From Eledone cirrhosa (taxonomy: Eukaryota), in the NCBI GenBank assembly GCA_964016885.1, contig OZ024742.1:216752001-216816000 (forward strand): a stretch of DNA of 64,000 nt. The letters run 5' to 3'. The notes beneath the pieces were generated by a model. It ran no database searches, had not been told where the DNA came from, and saw only the letters and a program-made list of their open reading frames with translations. The position numbers were made by a program, and so were the translations under genes. This document shows, one piece after another, positions 41,744 to 55,532 of this stretch. Positions within the stretch are counted from its first letter, which is position 1. Every line of letters starts with the position of its first letter.

Positions 41744-42224
41744 GAAGGCGCGTGGCTTGTTGGTTAGAGTGTTCGGCTCACAATCTTAAGGTTGTGAATT
41801 TGTTTCCCAAACCGGGCGGTGAGTTATGTCCTTCAGCAAGATACCTTATTTCACGTTTCTCCAGTTCACTCAAATGGGGAAAATGCGTTGCAACGGCGCT
41901 GATACCAAGCTGCATCAGCCATTACCTTTCCCAACATCGTTGACATGTAGAGAGTAGACTGGTATTCTTTGGCGACAGCTGGTCTTCTACAAAAACGTAT
42001 TTCTCGTGTTTGTGCCTGGAAAGGAACTTATTAGGTGCAAACCCATGATCATTCAAAAGAGACGGGAGTCTATGCGTATGACCAGAGAGTATTGCAGGTA
42101 TCACATTCATACGTGGATTATTTACGTATTACATGTATGTGCAGTGAATCAGATGTTGTTGTTTTTCCTTTTCATTAATTGTGCTCCTAGCGATTACACA
42201 GTGAACTGTAAGCGGATGAAGTAA
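41744..42224 (+). mobile_element. tRNA-derived SINE (family C), diverged
   Basis: A-box-like ggcgcgtggcttgttggttagag; core tgtccttcagcaagataccttatttcacgtttctccagttcactca; related piece at about 47450-47640. Confidence 0.65.
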
Positions 42225-43384
42225 AGCTGGGACTGGTTGTCCATAGCTATACTGTAATTTTGTTGAAAGAATAAAGCCCTGTGATCATTTGAGGTTGAGA
42301 AGATTCAAGACACTCAATCGGAGTGCATCTGTATATTATTTTTATCGAAATAGGCTAATGCTTCTTTCTTCCGCAGCTTTCCTCTAATTTTGTATCATGA
42401 ATGAAAGCAAGTGGTGAGAGAGATACTGTATATATAGTTATGATTATTTACCTTGTATGTACTTGTATGAATTGACAATGACATCCTTCACGTACTTACA
42501 ACATTGAGCAAATTATTACTTAAGAACTTTTCAGATCCTGGGTGGGGTTAGTGCAATATATTCCTCGAGTGGTTACTTCCAAGAAAATGTACACAAGAAA
42601 ATATTACTGTATAATCCAAATATTTCAGTGAATTCCGTTTAAGAAAACTAATGTCGTGTTTTCAACTTCACTGTTTGTGATAGGCTTACCACTCCAAATA
42701 AGTAAAATAGAGCCATAGTGTTTTGATACACGCTAGCGAGGCTGGTTTCTTGTACAAGACTTTTGTATTAAAAATAAATATTTTCATTGTCACAATTGTT
42801 GACCATGTTGATAATAATAATGGTGATAATTCTAATGATCATGATCATGATCGTGATCGTGATGATGAGAATGACGGCGGTGGGGTAGCGGGGTGTAATG
42901 ACGATGTCAATCATGACAATGAAAGATGAATATACTGACAATGGTGACGTTAGTGATGGTATTGGTAATGCTGCTGACATTAATTGATTCTTTTGATTTC
43001 ATGTGAATGATGATGATTATGATGATGATGGTAGAACATGGTTGTGGAAGATCTTCGTGGTAGTGTCTGTTGCAGTAGGGAGATGCCAGTATTTCTATTG
43101 TTTTCATATTGTTGGCACTACAATAATGATGATGGAGAAGGCAGTGAAAACTGATAGTGTTGCAGGATGTAATTTCCGTTTCATTTTACTTTCCTTCATG
43201 TATTCAATGAAAATATGCATTCTCGATTCAGCAGTATTTCTTTCCCTGTAATCTTTATTTTTACTATTTTACTGTTTTATTATTTGCGCGTATTCACACC
43301 TTATTTACTATGAATGTGAAGGATTCTATTCGGTATCCTAAATTATATACAAAAATACTTCAAATTGAATTAAACACACACACG

Positions 43385-43456
<72 letters not shown>

Positions 43457-43460
<4 letters not shown>

Positions 43461-43647
43461 AACGAGTAGGACCCCGACGGCTGAGCTCAAGCCGTTTCGA
43501 CGGCTAATTCTGGACTGAATTAGCCGTCGAAACGGCTTGAGCTCAGCCGTCGGGGTCCTACTAGTTCCTATTACCCACTCTACTACCCTAAGTATTGAGT
43601 ACTTTGGTGAGTTATGGTCCATCTGGTTCCCTACCACATTTCCTTCG

Positions 43648-43648
<1 letters not shown>
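43457..43648. repeat. GC-rich fold-back element (about 55-bp arms + about 78-bp single-copy tail) between (TA)n runs
   Basis: aggaacgagtaggaccccgacggc..aattc tggact gaatt..ggggtcctactagttcct; family copies at 60430-60633 (inverted) and 57000-57036 (tail only). Confidence 0.88.
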
Positions 43649-43707
<59 letters not shown>

Positions 43708-43807
43708 TATATAATATATATATATAATATATATATATATATAATATATATATATAATATATATATATATATAATATATATATATAATATATATATATAT
43801 ATATAAT

Positions 43808-43887
<80 letters not shown>

Positions 43888-44051
43888 GTATGTATGTATA
43901 TATGTATTTATATATATATGTATGTAGGAGGTGAGTTTTATTGTAGTATAATAAAGCAATGCAGATATCGGATAAGAAGCACTCTACAGTTTGTAGGACT
44001 GGTGTATACATAATATATAAGAACAAAAGATGGTTAAAAGAGTTCCATGTA

Positions 44052-44118
44052 TTTTATTATGCGCATTTCAAAAACAAATATCATCATGCAATAATATTTG
44101 TGTTTTCATCAGATAAAA
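44052..44118 (-). ncRNA. Type I hammerhead ribozyme motif in a PLE terminal relic
   Basis: ttttat-CTGATGA-aaacacaaatat..atatttgttttt-GAAA-tgcgca-TA-ataaaa; perfect core, palindromic stem III. Confidence 0.8.
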
Positions 44119-44324
44119 CAGGAAGACATGATATGAAGGTTAAAAAACACTTGTGGATAGTGCAGTTTTAAATCAACATATTGTTCAACATTTGTTCTTA
44201 TATATTATATGTATGTATGTATGTGTGTGTGTATATATATATACTATGGAGAAGAGAGAACAAGAGACAAGCCAGGGCTGTACAGAGGGTAAATAAGAAA
44301 TACATTTAGTAAATCTTTAGGTCT

Positions 44325-45005
44325 AACTGTATGTGTTTTTCTTTCACTTATTTTCGAGTACATTTTTGACCGGCCAACTTCCTGGTGGCAAGGTTGTAAA
44401 GGAAAAGAAATTGTCATCCCTTGAATCGCAAGAATGTTTGGCAAATTTTGAAGGTGCCAGCTATCGCAGCCATTTGTAGTCTATAAATTAGGGAGCTGCG
44501 CTTTTTGTCCACAAATCCAAGTTCAGTCATACTTTGGTCCAAGTGGGTTGGTATGTAATCTGTAGCACCAATAATGATGGGTATGAAGCTAAAGGTGTAT
44601 CTTAGATACTGAATCTGTAAACTCCTCATCAATGGTCCGTAGATGTCCTCCTTCTCTTGTATTTGTTTTCCAACGTTGACATCAAGTGGGCAGCTGACCT
44701 CCACAACAGAAGACGTTTTCAAGGTGTGGTCCCAAACAACAATATCAGGCCGGTTGTGCTTTAATTTGGTGGCAGCTTTTATTTTCAGGTTCCACCAGTA
44801 TTCCTTAGTGCCATCTGTCTCAATATATTCTTCGTCGTGTGTTTTTAATTTTGTTTTCCTAAGTGCGTTCCAGATGGTCCTCGCTATCACATGGTGTCTC
44901 ATAGGGGGGTAGTAGCGAGACGACATTCTTTCACAGTTGGCAACAATGTGGCTTACATCTTTGATCTTTGTTTTACATTTATCCCCTCCTCTTTTGTGTA
45001 GCAGA
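44325..45005 (-). mobile_element. R4/Dong-like LINE 3' fragment (zinc-knuckle remnant + REL)
   Basis: HIVANCERMSSRYY..RHHVIA..YWWN..HNRPDIVVWD..VVEVSCPLD..EKEDIYGPL..PIIIGA..GTFKICQTFL. Confidence 0.88.
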
Positions 45006-45436
45006 TATTATGTACGTATGTATGTACGTATGTATGTACGTACGTATGTATGTACGTATGTATGTACGTACGTATGTATGTAAGTACGTATGTATGTATC
45101 TGTGTGTGTATGTATGTATGTATGTATGTATGTATCAATACTAAGGTTGTGACAGTCGTCACATACCTAGCTTCAGTAAAAACAGGAGGAAGTAATCGAC
45201 GATGTTCTTGACTTATTAGTTTTCCAAATGTTTTTCATAAACATTCCGTATATTATTATATATACAGTACGTACATTCATATGTATATCGCTGTACATAC
45301 ATACATTCATACATACATACATACATACATACATACATACATACATACATACATACATACATACATACATACATACATACATACAGGGATACATCCATAC
45401 ATACATACATACATATATACGTACATACATAATTCA

Positions 45437-45590
45437 TAGTCTACAAATGGCTGCGATAGCTGGCACCTTCAAAATTTGCAAAACATTCTTGCGATTCAAG
45501 GGATGACAATTTCTTTTCTTTTACAACCTTGCCACCAGCAAGGTGGCCGGTCAAAAAAATATACTCGAAATTAAGAGAAAGAGAAAACAT
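45437..45590 (+). mobile_element. R4/Dong-like extreme 3' end, inverted relative to 44325-44485
   Basis: LQMAAIAGTFKICKTFLRFKG* + UTR, within (CATA)n. Confidence 0.8.
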
Positions 45591-45600
45591 ACATACATAC

Positions 45601-45985
45601 ATGGTGGCTGCCAACTCGTTTTCGAGTACGGCCACTACTTTATATCCATGTAGGAGAACCCCTACCGATGCGCTGAACGAGTGTAACTTTTTAGTCCAGC
45701 CAGCGACTTGAAAACTCTGGTACAAACACTACACTTGTGACAATTATTGACACAGAGTGCTGGGCCCATGGTACCATGTGACGACAAGTGCAGAGAGATC
45801 TCCAGATATAAAGCAATGCCGTGCCGTGAAGCTTTTATAGTGAGCAAAGGCACTGCACAAAGCCAGTCCCACTCTCTTAACCAAGATGATATTTACCAAA
45901 AAGAAGAACAAGTCAACATCATTGGATACCATCAGGGATGCAGGTGTTATATCAGAGTTTTCCTTCTCCTAGAATTCTGCCTTGA
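45601..45985 (-). mobile_element. RTE-derived family B copy
   Basis: Aligns to 59860-60207; encodes residual C2H2-like [22 protein letters not shown]. Confidence 0.85.
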
Positions 45986-46070
45986 CATACATACATACAT
46001 ACATACATACATACATACATACATACATACATACATACATACATACATACATACATACATACATACATAC

Positions 46071-46680
46071 GTGATGGCTGCAAACTCTGCTAAGAGTATT
46101 GCAATCGCTTGTCAGATTCAGATGTGTGATGCTCGAATATGGCTTTTCAAGCCTGCTAGAGACTTGCACTCCGTCGCACATCTACGACAACTATGGATTT
46201 CCCTGGCCTCAGGTCTTACATCAGGTTGCGTGTGAACCTTCACAATACCATGGAGATCATAGTTCACTGGTTCTCTCTGAATATGGCTGCGATTGTGGTC
46301 CCCCGAGACCAGATTTGCTCAAGGAAATCTTTCGACACTCAGGGCACACCATTCAATCGAGACATTGATCGTTTCGAGAATACGCCAGGGCACTGCGTAC
46401 GGACCTCCCGTTTGACCTTTTCGTCTGTCCTCAAAATCATGCACCATTCCACGCCAAGTTTCTCTTTCAAGAGCTTCTATCTCCCAGTCAGCCACTAACA
46501 AACTTGTTTTTTTTTCAATGAGTCCTTTACACAATACTTGAATCCGAGCTTTGGTTTGTGAGGTGGTTTCTTGCCTTTACAAAGCTTGCCATACAAAAGT
46601 TGTTTCGGGATTCGATCGTCCTCCATTCTGCAGAAATGTCCGGTCCATCGCAAACGTCGTTGGTGGATGATACTTACAAT
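46071..46680 (-). mobile_element. RTE/BovB-like LINE 3' fragment with (TATG)n tail
   Basis: RRLRWTGHFCRMEDDRIPKQLLYGKLCKGKKPPHKPKL..KDSLK. Confidence 0.82.
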
Positions 46681-46904
46681 TTTGAGATAGAGCGTCCGTG
46701 CTGTTTGCTCAGATCAGAGCAAACAACACGGACGCTCTATCTCAAAATTATTTTTGAAAAGCATTTAGAAATGCGCAACCGGTAAAAACTTAAAAACTTA
46801 AAACCACAACTGAATACTAACCCATACAATCACTAATACTCTTTTATTCCTAATTAAACCATTTTTCAACTGTGAACAATTTGTCAGCATTTTCTATTCC
46901 GTTT

Positions 46905-47070
<166 letters not shown>

Positions 47071-48632
47071 ATACTATCAGAAATACCGCCCCTCCTCCAG
47101 TAAATCTGCCTATTGCAGTTAAATAGATGAATATATAAGACACTTTATAACAGTTGTTTGGCAGCGAATCACTAAATAGCATCAAGTTTCACTATACTTC
47201 GCTGATGAATAGGCGCATATCCGTACCCTCCAGCTAACCTACTAACAGAAATCTGATTTTCCGCTAAGCATATGAATTAATTTTGGGAAATAAATTTCTT
47301 GAAATTACCTCGCGTTTCCTTTGAACCTCACTAATAATTATAGCTTTATTTTTTCCCTTAATAAAATGAGTTTTTAAAATTAGTTGAGAATTTATTTTCT
47401 GTGCAAATTATTTAGCACATAACCCTTTCTCCATAAAGGCACGGGGATTTGTGGCTAGTCTTTTCAGTTCTCAATCAATTACTGTCGATGCGTCGTCTCC
47501 TTGCGAGAGACACTTTATTTCATGTTGCTCCAGTCCACTCAGCTGAAAAATATTACTGGTACCAATAGTTCAAAAGACCGGCCTTGATACATACTGACAC
47601 ATACACTGAATTTTCCTACGAATTAAGCTATACACAACTTCACCATGCTGGCAATCTCAAGTTATTAGAAATATATTTTGAATGAAAGAAACTCTTTTGT
47701 AGAATCCATGTTAGAATGGAATAGTTCACATTTTGAAAGAACAAATATTTGAGATTTAACAATAAATAAATTTTAATAACGCAAATCAATAGGAAACTTA
47801 GATTTTCCCTATATTAATACTTACAAGTCTGGCTGATAATATTTGTAAGCATGGCTAACATTTTTATGGAGTGTGAACAAAAAGTATGTACAGGGATTCT
47901 TTCCTTTACTATCTCAAACAATCTTAACTTTCAAATCCATTACTGCAATAGAATATTGTTTTATCCAAGAGCAAGTACATTATCCTTATACTGATAAACA
48001 CATTAATTTTAATAATAGTGTATTAACTATTTGTTAGACAGTTGTAATAGATAATACGATAAGATAATCACTCACGAATTGTCAACGTTTTAAATCACAT
48101 ATATGTGAATGTACGGAAAGTTAATGGAAATATTCTAGAAAAATTAAGGCAAATATATGTATTCCTATTTATGTGAGGAAATAAATGAGTTTTCCTTTGT
48201 GATTTTGTTTTATTTAAGTGTTTAGAGAGATGTTAGAGATACAGAAAGCATAATGTCATGTACGAACGAGATATATTTCTTCATGAGAGCCTCAATAGAC
48301 TTTTTTAGTTATTTCAAGCGTTAACACCCAGGAATCGACAAATACACACACACATAGCCGCTCTCACACACACACACACACATACACACATATAAATATA
48401 TGTGTGTGTGTGTATGTGTGCGTGTGTGTGTAGACAGACATACATATAGATATAGATACGCATACATACATACATTCATATAAACCTACATACATACATC
48501 CATGCATACATACCTACATACATACATTCATATATACATACATACATATTTTCACGGAATTTGAAATCAAAAATGCAGTCGACTCCAGGAAGCATTTAGT
48601 TAAAATCCGACCTAATTTATTATCCACACATT

Positions 48633-48825
48633 GGCGGTGGATTGGTAATATCGGTAGAGAGTCAGACACCATGCTTTGACGCATAGTGTTACGGCCCTTG
48701 CCATTCTGAGTTCAAATCCCGCCGAGGTTAACTTTGCCTTTCATCCTTACGTGGTCGATAAAATAAAGTACCAGTAATGCACTGGGTATTTGCTGGCCTG
48801 GTGCCAAAAGTAGAAACAATTATTA
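48633..48825 (+). mobile_element. SINE family A with TSD
   Basis: Full consensus; TSD ttattatccacaca. Confidence 0.9.
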
Positions 48826-49197
48826 TCCACACAATGTTGTTGCCGCTTTTTGTTTTCGTGCAAAAGTTCTTCAAGTAGAATATTATTACAATACACTTAC
48901 AATGCTCTTACACGTATGTATGGTGTTGTGGTCACTAATCCCGTTTCACTGTTTTCTCAATTTTATTATATTTTCTAGAGTGCCTATTATCAAAATAACG
49001 ATATTTTTCATAATGTAGAGTGCATGTAGATCTCTTACTATCTTTAAATCTTTGATTTTTTCTAATAAAAAATGTTTCGTTTGCACTACAGTGAATTAAT
49101 TTATATAAAATATATGTTTCACAATATGATTTCACAGCACGAATCTTGCAAAATAAATACAAATATGAAATGTATATATAACCTTCTCTATTTTCAG

Positions 49198-49391
49198 CTC
49201 CCATTGATATCCCCGATGAAAAGAAAATCATAAGGGATTTGCTGCTCCTGTACGAAAAACGTGGTATTGACGGCCGACCAGTTCGCAACAGTTCCATGCC
49301 AGTGTCACTTAAGTTTAGCATTCAACTTATACAAATTATGGACCTCGACGAGAAGAATCAAATTCTTAAATTGAGTGTCTGGGACAGATAT
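49198..49391 (+). CDS. Exon of nicotinic acetylcholine receptor-like (Cys-loop) subunit, N-terminal ligand-binding domain
   Basis: ttttcag|..|gtaagt; (A)PIDIPDEKKIIRDLLLLYEKRGIDGRPVRNSSMPVSLKFSIQLIQIMDLDEKNQILKLSVWDRY with RPV.N, LIQI.D.DEKNQ and loop D Trp. Confidence 0.93.
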
Positions 49392-49914
49392 GTAAGTTCA
49401 CAGATTATGATGTTACGTATTTTATTTGTGATTTCTTTCTTTATCACCATCTAGAGTAATCTGTGGCAATATAAAAAAAAAGAAATAATGTTATATTTTA
49501 TGAGAATTATATTGGTTAGTTAAGAAACCACAATAAAAAAAAATTAAAAAAAACTCCGAAAGACATTATTTTTAATAATATAATCAAATGGGAGAGGACA
49601 GCACCCATGACTCTTTTCGAGGACTCCGAAGGAATAAAGTTATCCCAAGACCAGAGACATGGAACAAAAGTGTTCAACTGAGTGGACACCGCTAAAGTGA
49701 TCCAATATCTGGTAGTGGTTTTAAAGCCGCCAACGGGTTGAGATGGTTTTATATAGTCAAGTTAGATATTTATTATCAGCATATACTCGTAATTTATATA
49801 ACATAAGGCGTTGAAACTGCACCAATACCCAGTCAGTTCATTGTTTCAATGTCTATCCGTTCTCGAACTATTAATTATTTATTTTATATTTATCCATCTA
49901 TCTGGGTATAACGA

Positions 49915-50180
49915 CAAGGCAGCGGATATTAAAATTTAGCGTTTGCCTTCTCCCAGGCTGCCGAGTTCCATCTAACCGAAACACTGGTTTGAAGACGCCA
50001 TAACCCGCCTACATCCGTTCTCCTACCAGTAGAGACAGCTCTATCGGGCTTGCATGTTAAAGCCACACGAAAAGGCCCAGGGCGGTTACTGGTTGCCAGA
50101 ATGCTATTTAAGACGCATGCCGTTTTTAAGCGGCAGGAACTCATCCTCACTACCAGCCCTCGATGTAGCAAGCACCCTTG
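49915..50180 (-). mobile_element. RTE-type 5' UTR fragment
   Basis: ggcatgcgtcttaaatagc..ggccttttcgtgtggc..ggcgggttatggcgtc..gggagaaggcaaac; recalled RTE 5' UTR motifs, last one shared with family B. Confidence 0.5.
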
Positions 50181-50210
50181 GAACTATATATATACACACA
50201 GACACACACA

Positions 50211-50286
<76 letters not shown>

Positions 50287-51483
50287 TATATATACCTATT
50301 GTTATACTTGGGGAGGGTCATATTGTTATGATATTGCCAGAAATAATAACAGAACATACTCACTATTTGGTTTGGGTTGGTTTTCGCTTCTCTATCTTTT
50401 ATATCTCCATAGTTAATTTATTTGGCAATCAATGTTTATCATTGATTGACCAGTGGTTAAAAATACAGATATAAATATATATACATATATGTAGTCTATC
50501 AAATTTCTTTCGCCGAAACATCATCAGTGCTTGTATTATGTTTCCTCCCATTGTATTGTATTGTATTGTAATGTCTACGCCATTTTTATTTTTATTTATT
50601 TATTTATTTTTTTTTTTTTTTTTTTAGTTATTGTTGTCTCTGTCTCTGCGCATGTAAGGTAAATTATGTAAGTTGCTGATACAACAGTATTAGGCATTCG
50701 GATATTTAAAGCTTTGGCGAAAAGTAGAGTAGAGGTATATCTAGTTACGATACTTCCAGTCAGCGTCGATATAACGCAAAAATTACATCATCAAAGTTTA
50801 ACAATTAATACATTGTTTATTTCGTTTACATATGTTTCATTCTTCTCCAAAGATGTTATTTTCAATACCTTTCTAGAGAAATCTTTTAGAAGGCCTACGG
50901 TTGGCCTTTTATCGATTTGTCTGTGTGGTAACCTGTCTTGCTAGAAATGACAGCGAAATAAAACCTTAGCTTCTAGCACACGCAAGTGCGCGCGCAGACA
51001 CATGCAGATCCACACAGAGAGCTTGAGGTGTATCTATTTATGTACTACTCTTTCTGTATCTATGTTTTCCTATTTATCTATTTATCTATCTATCAACACT
51101 GTGGTAACTGGTTTCGCTAGAAATGACAGCGAAATAAAACACTAGCACCTGCTACACACACACACACGCACACACACACGCACACGAACACGTACACGCA
51201 CACGCACACACACACATACACATTGATTTGTATCTATCTATGTATTCCCATCTACCTATGGCCAACTATAGAAAGCATTCTCCAAAGGAGATGAACTGGA
51301 TAAGTCTAGTGTAAAATATAAAAGGTATTTAAATACTGCCATTGGAGTTTCGAAAATGTAAACAAGTTTGATGATTTCTCGAGAAAGGTATTGAAAATAA
51401 CGTCCATTGGAGAAGAATGAAACATATGTAAATCAAATAAATATTGTCTTACTTGTTAAATCTTGATGATATATTTTGTGCGT

Positions 51484-51565
<82 letters not shown>

Positions 51566-51607
51566 ACGCACAATATATATATATATATATATTAAACTTT
51601 AATGTTA

Positions 51608-51707
<100 letters not shown>

Positions 51708-52630
51708 GAGAGAGAGAGAGAGAGAGAGGGTGAGTAAGTGAGTGAGTGAGAGAGTGAGAGAGACAGAAATGGCTTCTACAGGACTAGAACTGTTTCATTC
51801 GGGAGAAATCATCATCTTCCGGAGAAATCATGTATGTTTGTGTATATATATGTGTGTGTGTTTGCATGTATGTATGTATATATATATTTTTTTTTTCCTA
51901 TTATGTGAATGTGTATATGTGTGTATGTATGTACACATATGTCTTTTTCTATATTGCTATATATTTTTATTTTTTTATTTTTACCCCGTTATTTTTCCAG
52001 CCTCACTTCCAATATTTAACAGATTTTTAATTTCATTTCATATCTTTTATCTATAACATCTCTATCTGACGACCAATCCAGACATATATTATTATCATCT
52101 GTGATCCAGAAACCTTTGGTAATGGAGTAGTTATACTTTGTGTTGTTCACTTTCTAATTATATATATATATATATATATAAAATAAAACAAGAACAAGTG
52201 GTTACTCCTTCATTACGTTTATTGGTTGGTGACGCGCGTTTCGTCACCGATCAGCTCAAGGTTGGATCTGTATCGATCCAGCCCGACTCTGTAATATATA
52301 TATATATATATATATGCCATTGGAGTTTTTTCATTACCACTAAAAGGCGTCTGATGAGCCCTGAGTTACATTTTAAGATATTCGATTACATTGGAAATCT
52401 GGAGCACCGGACTCTTCAGGAGTTAGCTCAAATTTAGACAATTAATTTTCCAAAGTGATCGCGCCAAGAATACATTCAAAAATGGCTAAGAATCGTGACG
52501 TGACAGCGGTCAAGTTAGAAAGAATGTGAGTAGTTGCTTACGGCTGGTGGCCTTTTGCTAGAAAGCGCAGCCCAATACAGCCAAAATTGAATCTCAACTT
52601 AACGGGAGATTATTACATATAAAAGTTTAC

Positions 52631-52663
<33 letters not shown>

Positions 52664-52670
<7 letters not shown>

Positions 52671-53393
52671 TTTGCAACAGGTCACTTTGTGGCTCAATGA
52701 AGAGTTAATAAATTAAACAATCAGAGCTATATATCATAAAACATGTCTATAGAATCACCAGATAAAATATATACCGTTTCCTCTCCCAATTAGCATAATT
52801 AACCATATAAAATCAATTAGACCAAGCTATAAGGATAAAGGCTCCTATGAAGAAATCTCCGACAAATAACCGAAAGCAGCTCTTCGCGGCGGTTGCGACG
52901 GAGTATTTATCGAGTATTTCGACAGCGTGAATAAATCGACCAGATATACAGTCAACTAAACAGAATTAGGTGTAAAATAAACTAGGAGAAAAGTGAACAT
53001 ATTTAGTTACCTCTACCATGGTTTCGTCCGCATTTTAAGATATCCGATAAGATTTCCAATGTTATCGGATATCTTAAAATGCGGACGAAACCATGGTAGA
53101 GGTAACTAAATATGTTCACTTTTCTCCTAGTTTATTTTACACCTAATTCTGTTTAGTTGACTGTATATCTGGTCGATTTATACACGCTGTCGAAATAGTC
53201 GATAAATACTCCGTTGCAACCACGGCGAAGGGCTGCTTTCGGTTATTTGATTTTTTATATGGTTAATTATGCTAATTGGGAAAGGAAACGGTATATATTT
53301 TATCTGGTGATTCTATAGACATGTTTATGATATATAGCTCGGATTGTTTAATTTATTAACTCTTCATTGAGCCATAAAGTGACCCTTTGCAAA

Positions 53394-53400
<7 letters not shown>
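52664..53400. repeat. Long fold-back palindrome (about 340-385-bp arms, 11-nt loop) with hammerhead 3' half
   Basis: Centre atccgataa-gatttccaatg-ttatcggat; about 47-bp indel in left arm (about 52815-52862); GAAA-ccatgg-TA-gagg at about 53087. Confidence 0.93.
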
Positions 53401-53439
<39 letters not shown>

Positions 53440-53472
53440 GTGGGGGGGGGGGTGTAAACCTTTATATATATA

Positions 53473-54311
53473 TATATGAATAAAATTAGTCCTTCATCAG
53501 TGATCTCCCAACCTTCATTGGTATTTCTTCGCTTTAAAGATCATGTACCTCTGGTTGGTACGAGCAATAACTAAAGAAAGTTATTGGGACACGTAAAATA
53601 GGGTGAAGCGAGCGAGACATGTAAACAAACGGAGATGGTAATGCAACGGAAAGATAGGAAGAGAAGAGACAAGTCCGTGATATCTATGAACTTAAGCTCG
53701 GTGAAATCATAGACGAGAGGTAAAGACCATCCGACCTGGGTGAGATGTGAGCGAGAAAAGGATTTCACACAGGTCAAACGGGAGGAAGTGAGAGAGGGGG
53801 AGAAGCAGAGAGTGAGTGAGTGAAAGTGTGAGGAAGAGGCCAGCTGAGAGAGAGTGACTGGCAGAGGGTTCTTACTGCTTCCCCTTTCTCTGTATCTCTC
53901 ACCTTCTTTTTAGCCCCCTCTGCCAGTCACTCTCTCTCAGCTGGCCTCTTCCTCACACTTTCACTCACTCACTCTCTCCTTCTCCCCCTCTCTTACTTCC
54001 TCCCGTTTGACCTGTGTGAAATCCTTTTCTCGCTCACATCTCACCCAGGTCGGATGGTCTTTACCTCTCATCTATGATTTCACCGAGCTTAAATTTCATA
54101 GATATTACGGACTTGTCTCTTCTCTTCCTATCTTTCCGTTGCATTACCATCTCCGTTTGTTTACATGTCTCGCTCGCTTCACCCTATTTTACGTGTCCCA
54201 ATAACTTTCTTTAGTTATTTCTCGCACCAACCAGAGGTATATGATCTTTAAAGCGAAGAAATACCAATGAAGGTTAGAAGATCACTGATGAAGGGCTAAT
54301 TTTATTCATAT
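53473..54311. repeat. Long fold-back palindrome (about 395-bp arms, about 45-nt loop) with hammerhead 5' half
   Basis: 53473-53868 vs 53915-54311; mirror ORFs 53571(-) and 54007(+) in the track; CTGATGAaggg at about 54285. Confidence 0.93.
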
Positions 54312-54389
54312 GTAACCCATGTGCAACCACGCAGCACGCCATTTTTCATATATATATATATATAAAATATATATATATATATATATAGA

Positions 54390-55305
54390 TATGGTCAAAA
54401 TTAGCGGTATCGAAAGCCTACAGCAACGGTATGTCCTACTGCGGACCTTGTAATTTAGAACTACTACATATTTTAAGGTACTGATGGGATGCTTAACACC
54501 AAAATAGAAAGATCTATTTTCTGTAGACATAAATAGCTACTAGATTCACAAACTTTAAACAATCCCTAAATTAGTACTGAACCACCTAGATTTTAACATA
54601 TACAATACACACCCTCGCACTACTATTAGCTTTCAAACTGCCAACCTGTCACTGGATCATAAATCTCTGAACACTTCTTCCATCCTCTCCCCATCAACCC
54701 ATTAAGATAGAACAATCAGCAAAACATTTACAATAAGCGTTTATCAATATATCCCTAACCCATAAATATCATACATACATCCAGAAATTAATCTCTAATT
54801 TATTGTCTCTTTTATCGGACCCTCTATGTACATCTCAAACCTAGCTTCCCACCAAAGAACACTTACTAAAAAACTATCACTATGTACTTACACGATCTCA
54901 CTTATTTATTTATCTCTTTATATTTTCCATTCTCTCATTTTCTTACGTTTTTATGTACCCTATCTTTTACTCTACTTTTACTTTTTACATCTGTAACTTC
55001 TCTAACTATTTACCATACATGTATTATTATTGATGTTATTGTTTATATTATATGCTGTTTTATTATTGATGTTATTGTTTTAATTATACGCTATTTCTCT
55101 ATATAAGTCTTGCCTCGAGTGAATTATTTTCATATCTTCATGCTCTGATGTGTTGACCAGAGGTGAATAATGTATTGGAGATCAAATAACGCAACATCAA
55201 GCGATTAGCGAACTCTAGACCCCCATGATCAACGAAACAATTGTCAGTACTTTAAATAAAGCCCTTATTGTACAGCCAACCATGTTAATCTTCATTCTTT
55301 AACTA
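54390..55305 (+). mobile_element. 5'-truncated Penelope-like element (EN C-terminus + 3' UTR with hammerhead)
   Basis: WSKLAVSKAYSNGMSYCGPCNLE..MLNTKIERSIFCRHK; bounded by (TA)n at both ends. Confidence 0.72.
55141..55249 (+). ncRNA. Type I hammerhead motif with extended stem II
   Basis: tgct-CTGATGT-gttga..(about 70 nt)..tcaac-GAAAC-aatt-GTC-agta, followed by AATAAA. Confidence 0.68.
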
Positions 55306-55315
55306 TATATATATG

Positions 55316-55378
<63 letters not shown>

Positions 55379-55532
55379 TAATATAACAGATTAAAGTTTA
55401 AGCAAAGAATCGCTGCTTTCACCCTCAATAGCTAACAATGATAAGCCGATTTGTTTTTTTCTCAAACAAGTGTGCTCTATTAACTATTATGAAATTAATA
55501 GCAATCCTATATATTGTGTAAATCTCTTGCAG

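Noticed and set aside
42800-43040. Asp/Asn-rich ORF
   Set aside because: Decayed (GAT)n microsatellite.
53571-54204. Pair of near-identical mirror ORFs (MTCVKSFSRSH...)
   Set aside because: Consequence of the palindrome; frames diverge by an indel and start at TTG.
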